A stretch of DNA of 61,352 bases, the filler included, from Syncephalis fuscata S228 (lineage: Eukaryota; Fungi; Zoopagomycota), in assembly GCA_025786725.1 (NCBI GenBank). It is 3 parts of 3 records of this genome, joined end to end, with 100 filler letters (N's around TTAATTAATTAA, not from the genome) between each part and the next. Parts side by side here need not be neighbours in the genome. Positions count along the whole stretch, not along the records: positions 35,769 to 61,352 come from JAHLTZ010000118.1; 2 more parts are not named here. One strand, written 5' to 3'. Positions 54,361 to 61,352 of the stretch are shown in pieces; position 1 is the stretch's first letter; every line of letters starts with the position of its first letter. The translations under genes were made by a program, and so were the position numbers. The notes below the pieces were generated by a model. That model searched no databases, had not been told where the DNA came from, and worked only from the letters and a program-made list of their open reading frames with translations.

Positions 54361-54915
54361 CAATATTTTAATAGGAAGCAATATAATTATGTTGTACATA
54401 GCAGCATGCCTTCAATTGGAACGAATTTTACTTTAAGAGCTTAAAATTGGGATCAAAATGTAATTGATCCATTTCAATGTGTTCCAATTCATATTTTTTG
54501 GTAATCATTTGGGCCAATGTTGTCTTGCTAGAGCCTGAACAGCCGATAGTTAAAATACATAGCGATGTATTACCCATTGTAACGACATTAGTAGCAATAA
54601 AGAGTAAATTGTAAAAGATAATTTAACTGGACTACTATTTTTAAATGATTAGATGGATATCGACTCATCGTGATAACAATGGATTTAACATTTATTGGTT
54701 AAAATATAAATGAATAACTTAGCAAAAATAATATCAAGCAATAAAAAGGAAACAGTTGAAAAATAGGCCCGCTAATATAGCTGTACAAGATACAATGGTA
54801 CAAATATTCACGCATTGTGAAGTAGTTAAAAACCAAAAATAATAAACTGCGGGGAGGTAATTGTATGTATCGACAGATTAAATTAAATTAACTTAAATTA
54901 ACTGGAAAAGGTAAC

Positions 54916-55569
54916 TCATAGATCGATGATACCTCGTAGATCGTAGGCCAGCTCGAGTTGCTCAAACCATAACGCCGTTTCTCGAGGTGATCGGAATCGA
55001 TAGACACATAAACGTGGATAATTACCAATAATCATGGGATATTCGTTTCTTAATTGACAATGAAGCTTTACAGCATGTTTAATGGCTGTTAAGCCTGAAA
55101 ACAATTTGAAGGGTCGACGGCGGCCAAATGAACACTTGAAAAACTTCTTTTTAAACAAAGAGCGGAAACTGCGCCATGCTGTACGACAGACTACATGTAA
55201 TAATGAGTAGTCGAGCCATATTAGCGTGTCGGCGCGTGTCCATAGGAGGGGACGCCAAGCATAAAAGTTGCCATGGGTCACCCAGCCGTCGTCGTGCGCG
55301 TCCAGAATCAACTGGACCTGTAGGGCAGTTTCCTCGGCGTATTGGCCGCGAGGGGTCTCCTCGGGGCAGATGGCACTAAGATCGATTTGCGGCTGACGCA
55401 GTAGCCGAGATAGGTTGCAGGCAAGCTTTTCCTTGCCGGCACATCCATTACCAACGATAATCATTCGACAAGGTGGCAGTTCATAGCTATAGGCATAGCT
55501 CATATTACCACAGCTGCCCTTTGATACATTGCTGTAGCGCGACTCGGCCGCGACAATAGGCAAAACCAT
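54916..55569 (-). CDS. FlaR/adenylate-kinase-like P-loop protein with degenerate Walker A, intronless
   Basis: RMIIVGNGCAGKE, GWVTHGNF, RADTLIWLDYS and FRSPRE..W motifs. Confidence 0.8.
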   Translation of the reverse strand: MVLPIVAAESRYSNVSKGSCGNMSYAYSYELPPCRMIIVGNGCAGKEKLACNLSRLLRQPQIDLSAICPEETPRGQYAEETALQVQLILDAHDDGWVTHGNFYAWRPLLWTRADTLIWLDYSLLHVVCRTAWRSFRSLFKKKFFKCSFGRRRPFKLFSGLTAIKHAVKLHCQLRNEYPMIIGNYPRLCVYRFRSPRETALWFEQLELAYDLRGIIDL

Positions 55570-56530
55570 GACAAAGATATGATATGATAATGAAGGTGAG
55601 CGGTGGGTGTGACAACGATAAGAAGAGGGAAAATGAAATGGAACGGCCAGAAGCAAGATAAACTATTACAAGACGTACAAGTTGGTGCCTATATAGCACG
55701 CTGGGTGGGTGCGTGACTTTGTACAATTAATAAAGAGCAAATTGAGCCGTGGGCTGTGCTAATGCATGGGTGGTGGGTGTAAGATGGTGGTGCTGAACCT
55801 GTTTACAAAAGACATGTGCTTCAACATGCGTGTGAGACTATTGGATCTCGTGAGTTGGGTCAAGGACAATTAACATGCGGTCAGTGGCTGTTGTGTCCCA
55901 GCTATACTAGCTAACTACTAGTCAACTAACCAGATAACTAGTTAGTGGTGGGAGAGCAGCATACCCCTTGTTGACATGCAGGCTATGGCGAGGACTATGG
56001 TGCCACGGATGATGCTATCATCGTTGATTCTGGACTTGTCTATGGCATTACACTATATTACGGATGTGTGTACGTGCGTGTGTGTGTGTGCCTATGCCAT
56101 AATAATCTGCTGGCTGCACCGCTGATACAGTCGCACTAGTGGCCTTTGCCGTCGGCGCAATATGCACAAGACTACCGATAAGTTGCGCGAAGAAGTAGCT
56201 GCTAATGCATCAGCATGTTTGCACAGAAGCATGACGATTTCAGGGCACTTTTAGTGCAAATTAGCATTCTAATCACAAATGTAATAATTTACTAATAAAG
56301 GATAAGTGGTTATAGAACGTTTTAATAAATGATTAATTAATTGACTAGTTAGTGTGCACAGTTATAGAGATTGGCAACACAAATGGTTTATTTTGATCAC
56401 AACACTAATAAAATACTAATCAAACTAGTAATACTAGTAATAAATTGGTGGTACCGATAATATTTACTATTTGTTAAAGATTTAGAGGCTGTGTACAACC
56501 ATTAGTCTCTTTTTCTTGTCTTCTTTCAAT

Positions 56531-59500
56531 ATGGATTACAATTCCATTCTACAGCAGCTTGAAACGGCATGTGCAGACTTTCAGGTAATCTGATGACGAA
56601 CCTATAAAGCTGCCTCATCCATATCTGACTTACTGCTTTACTGTTGCGGCTATTACTTGTTTATTTTGCTGCAGGTTCCAGCCAAACAAGCTGCGGCGGA
56701 AAAAGTGCTAGTTGGGTTCAAGCGCACGCCTAATATTCTACCCGCGTGTCGCTACATTCTTGGTAGGTGACGCGAAGAAAATCTATTCTTCATAGACTAG
56801 AGTGAATAACACTGCAGCCGACAGAACATACAACAACACCGCTAGTGCAGTTCCATACTGCTCTGGCTATTCGAGAGGCGCTAGTGCGTGAATATGCACT
56901 GCTAAGCAAACAAGATATCACTGATGTGCGCGACTACCTACTACGACTATGCTACGAGCATGAAAGGTGAATAGAAAATTTACTGCCTTTATAAAAAATA
57001 TTACTCATTTATTGATATTGATATTGATATACAGCCTTGAACGATTTGTGCGCGAACAGCTGTTGCATGTAAGTTATTGTTTGCAGTGGTAGTACTGCAT
57101 AATAATAACTTGCTTCTACGCTATTCATTGTGCAGGCATATGCAGTAATATTTAAGCGTAGCTGGATGGATTTAGATGATAATGAGCGTGATCATGTGTT
57201 TCTGCAAACGGAAAACTTGCTTCAAACGGCCGGCCATAGTCGACTTGTGGCACTAGCATTATACAATGCTTTATTGGATGAATTCTCTTCAACTAAAGCT
57301 AGTAGAATTGGATTGACGCTTCATTATCATCAAGAGTGTAAAATCTCATTCACAGAAAACTATTTACTTCGGGTATTTCAAGCAATTCTACGGGTAATTC
57401 ACCAAGAAATACAAGGACGTCAAGTAAATGATGCACTTCGTTATGGCACTTTATTATTAGAAAAAGTATTTTCATGGGATTTTACACAACGTAAACTACA
57501 ATAATTATTATAATTAACATAACACTATACTAATAATGGATTAGGACGCCGATTTACATTATCACGAGAATCGGCCATATCAGACCAAGAAATTAGAGAG
57601 AGAAACACCCGACTTTCCACTAGCATGGCGTGAAACATTACTTGACCCAGCCGTGCTCTCATTCTTTTTTGAGGTAGTTACAATGACGTAATTATTTTAT
57701 TTAATTAAGTATATTTGTATTAGGCCTATGATGTATTAAGGCACGATGAAAACACTGCCCATCGTGCTCGCCAATGCTTAATACAGCTGTCGGGTATTCA
57801 TGGAGCAATTATTGATGGACACGCCACCGCTCTTGGCTATGCATCGGTAATGATGCGTGGCTATGAAAAGCTTATTGCCATGTAAGTCTGTATATGTGTA
57901 TAAATATCATTTATGGCCATTTACTCACATCGACATGTAGTCAACCATCAATTCCTAAGCAGCATGATAGTCATGGACCGTATTTACTTGGGCTGTGTCA
58001 AATGATGCAACGATTGGTCAGCACTACTTCAGTAACTGTACTCTGTGACGTTGAGGGATTCTATCGCACAATGAGTGAGACAGCCAAGTTAACGGTGCAA
58101 TGTCTACGAGACACTGTGACGAGACGGAAGACAGCTGGAATATGGAAGCATTTGATGAACTGTTAAATCTATGGATCAAATTAAGTAGGTAGTATTTGGT
58201 GTTTGTAAAGCAATCTAATAATGCTATATAGGTGGCAATACTTATTTGCCATTGGTGGCAGAAGAGAAGTTGGAAGCGGGTACTGTTGAACATTATCGAG
58301 AAGATAGAATTGCTTTGACTAAATTCATTGAGAGTGTATGCCAACATGTTGTGATACTTATTTGGAGACACGTTTAGAGGCAGCTAAACATGCCATGAAA
58401 GAAGAGGAGGAGGAGGAAGACTCGGGATTTAACGATCAAGTAAGCGTAGCTATAATATTAATAATAGTAACGTTGTATTAATGTGACTGTATTATATAGG
58501 ATGTATTTGGTGACCAATTGATGGGTATAGCCCGTCTAGCCCGTCTTATACCCCATTATGCACTCAGTAATATTCATCGACTATTGGCAGATCGTATGTC
58601 ACGATTGGCACCTTTCCTTGAATCGGCATCTAGTTCGGAGGATCAACGTAAGTTTAACAACACATTGACTGATAGATTATTAATATTATATCCATTATAA
58701 CAGACAATTTCTTACACTTTCTACATGAACATACACATTGGCTGTTGATGATTGTTGGCTATGTACTGGCCGACACAGCGGATGGTGAATATCCTATAGT
58801 GCCCGTGTCATTTTTAAAACTATCAAATTCACAGGTAAATAGAAATACTGGTTAGATGGTTTATACTAGTATTAAAATATATTAAAATGCAGGCCATCAA
58901 TGGACCAGATGGTGACCAGGTAGTACAACTATTAAATCTAGTCCTAAAGTTATTGAGTATGCTGGCCTTGAATCCAAACACTGCAGAAGTAAATAGAAAC
59001 GAATTAGATATGACAAATTACTAATGATGATCAGGCGTCTTATTGCAGTCCATTGGTAACAGAAACGCTATTCTGGTGTCTAGAAAGATGTATCAAAACC
59101 TATTTATTTATTAACGAAGATGATTATAAAAATACTATAAGGTAATATAGCTACATGTGACTAGTTCAGTGCTCATTATTGTTATTATAGTCGCAATTTA
59201 ATTCAAGCCTTTGGACAACAAGAAAAGGGCGGACAGGGCGAACAGGTTTTAGATATGCTTGTTCAGCTGACACATCGACATGTTATTCTATGGAATGCCG
59301 AGCCTGATGTATTAACTCAGGTAATAATAGTGATGTATTATATGAATGAAATAATAGTTAATATGTAATGACATTAATAGATTATTCGTTTGTTGAATGC
59401 ATTTGCCAATAGTTCAACACTTCGTGATCGAGTTCTTAATATAGGTAATGTTTGATATAATGAATAATTATATATACGTATACATACAAACATATATATA

Positions 59501-61352
59501 TATTTCAATGTGTAGGAGCATTTGCGGGATTGATGAATTTAATGACAACGCAAATTGAACAATTACCGAAGCATTTCACAGGTAAATTGTGTAATGAATA
59601 TAGCATATGTAATTAATAATAATAACGTTATGAATAATAATAATAGTGAAATTGTACGGGTCATGTCAAGAATTATTCTGTTTTCACAAAATTCTGATAA
59701 ACGAGATTATTACGTTGGATCGTTGATGGAAGTGATTCAAGTAAGTTTATGTCAATACAAATTGGCTATTTGTTAACTTTTAGATGAAATGATTAGAAAC
59801 GGTACACATCTACTGTGAAACGACCAGACTTTGCACAGGTTTATCAAAATTCAGATATTGTAGAACATGTTCGTAGTATGGTTGAGGTAAGTTGGCAAGA
59901 AACAGCATGGAGTATAGATTAATTAAATCATTTGAATTAGATGCTTGATGGATTTGCTCAATCTATGGGCACTACGAATGCTGATTTAGTGTATCGGTTT
60001 TGTTTACAGTATTTTGAATCTATGGTGGAATTGGTGCGAATTTATCGTCATCATCCAGAAATGATTACCGATATAATAAGTTTTTTTGCATCATTGTTTG
60101 AGAACATGGTAAGCGATACAGATATTTATACATAGATAATACTATTATATATATATATATATATTAGGACTTTGAACGTTTACCGAGTGATGCACCTAGA
60201 GTTATTTGCCAAGTAGTTATGGCATTGTTGAAGGCGTATGAAGAAGCCACTCAAGGTATAAAAAAGGGCTAATACAGCTAATTTAATACAACCTCTATTA
60301 ATCAGCTATTTTATTACTTAGGTCGCAAACGAACAGCAGTTGAACACGATGAAAGCGAACCGTATACAGATATTGTTAAACTAGTGAATATGCTGTCTAA
60401 CTTGCTGGCCACTGAATTAAGTGGATTTGGTAAGCAATAGTATTTATTTGTGTTAGAATTAATTTGTAATTGCTTAGAAGATGATAGTCTTGATAGAGAT
60501 AGCGGCAATGTAATCGAAGTGTATTTATGGGTCTTGGTGTTCTGGTGCCAGCCATTGATATGGAAATGTTAAAGGTAGTTTCTATTAGTTTCTAGTTAAT
60601 CGTATAGATAGTTAATAGTAGAATATGTTTAGCATCCACGCATTTGCACATGCTACATGCAATTTATAGCCGATTTGGTAGAGTTGCAGTATGATCGACT
60701 GGTGACTATGCCATCCACCGTTGTTCAGAGTATTCTGCAATCACTTGAATTCGGTATTGATCAATATCCTTTTATTGTCTGACGGCTATATATATTGGTA
60801 TTTGTAAGAAATAATCCCTAACTTTTATATTACTCCAGTTTATGATGTATCCCGCTGGGCACTGTCTTCAATTAGTACACTAGCTCTTCACTATGCACAT
60901 CAACGACAAGCAGGACAAGAATCGGAAGTGGCAGCATTTGCCACTTCACTTGGTGGTTTTCTTCAAACCATCTTGCAATGCCTAGTGTTTAAAGATATGG
61001 ATCCTGGCTTAATTAAATCAGCCAGTGAAGCTCTTTATCCACTCATATGTACACAACGAGTAAGCTTGACTTGATTATTATTATTATTATTATTATTAAC
61101 TATTGTTGTTCATAATGTATTTTTTGTTTTTGTTTTCGCTTTTATTTGTTGTTTAGCCAAAGTTTGAAGAGTTGGTACAGATTATTGTTAGTCAACAGTC
61201 GAATTCTGAGCTACAGCAACGATTGCTAGTGGCGTTTAGCGCTTTAAATGATGCAGTGCCAGCGACCATGCCAGCTCACTTAAAAGCCACTACCGTAGCC
61301 AATTTCTACCAAACTCTTTCCAAGTTTCTTCTCGAAGCCTGTGGATTCTTGC
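56531..61352 (+). CDS. XPO4: Exportin-4-like karyopherin, >20 exons, ends just past the window
   Basis: LETAC.DF, ACRYILE, FVREQLL, IFKRSW, EFSSTKASRIGLT..YH.ECK, ARQCLIQL and HEHIHWLLMI.GYVLAD motifs. Confidence 0.9.
60764..60833 (+). other. U12-type AT-AC intron (70 nt) in XPO4
   Basis: 5' ATATCCTTT, branch TCCCTAAC at 60815-60822, 3' AC; removal restores frame EFGIDH-PVYDVSRWAL. Confidence 0.88.

Overview
AT-rich eukaryotic DNA with many short (~45-70 nt) GT-AG introns and fungal housekeeping genes. It looks like an early-diverging zygomycete-type fungus; a Syncephalis-like origin is a guess only. Two 100-bp artificial linkers (N...TTAATTAATTAA...N at 16523-16622 and 35669-35768) split the window into three segments that may not be adjacent in the genome. 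Segment 1 (1-16522) is a head-to-tail array of a structured macro-repeat with periods of ~9.0 and ~5.7 kb. Each unit has a GGTGCT-type hexamer tract framed by nested inverted repeats, a 111-bp hairpin minisatellite and a perfect 24-bp palindrome. The long unit also carries an intact 7-exon, 837-aa gene of unknown function, making the array a candidate undescribed mobile element. Segment 2 holds a bestrophin 3' end, DTD1, an IDO-family dioxygenase, two actinoporin-like paralogs, ATG13 and a 2.8-kb palindrome. Segment 3 holds the APL5 5' end, an FSH1-like hydrolase, TRP4, a 7TM protein, POP7, phosphoglucomutase, a FlaR/adenylate-kinase-like gene and exportin-4 with a U12 AT-AC intron. A ~3-kb inverted duplication in segment 3 carries a secreted six-cysteine peptide gene whose two copies diverge almost only in the mature peptide. 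All gene models were spliced by eye and no database searches were run.
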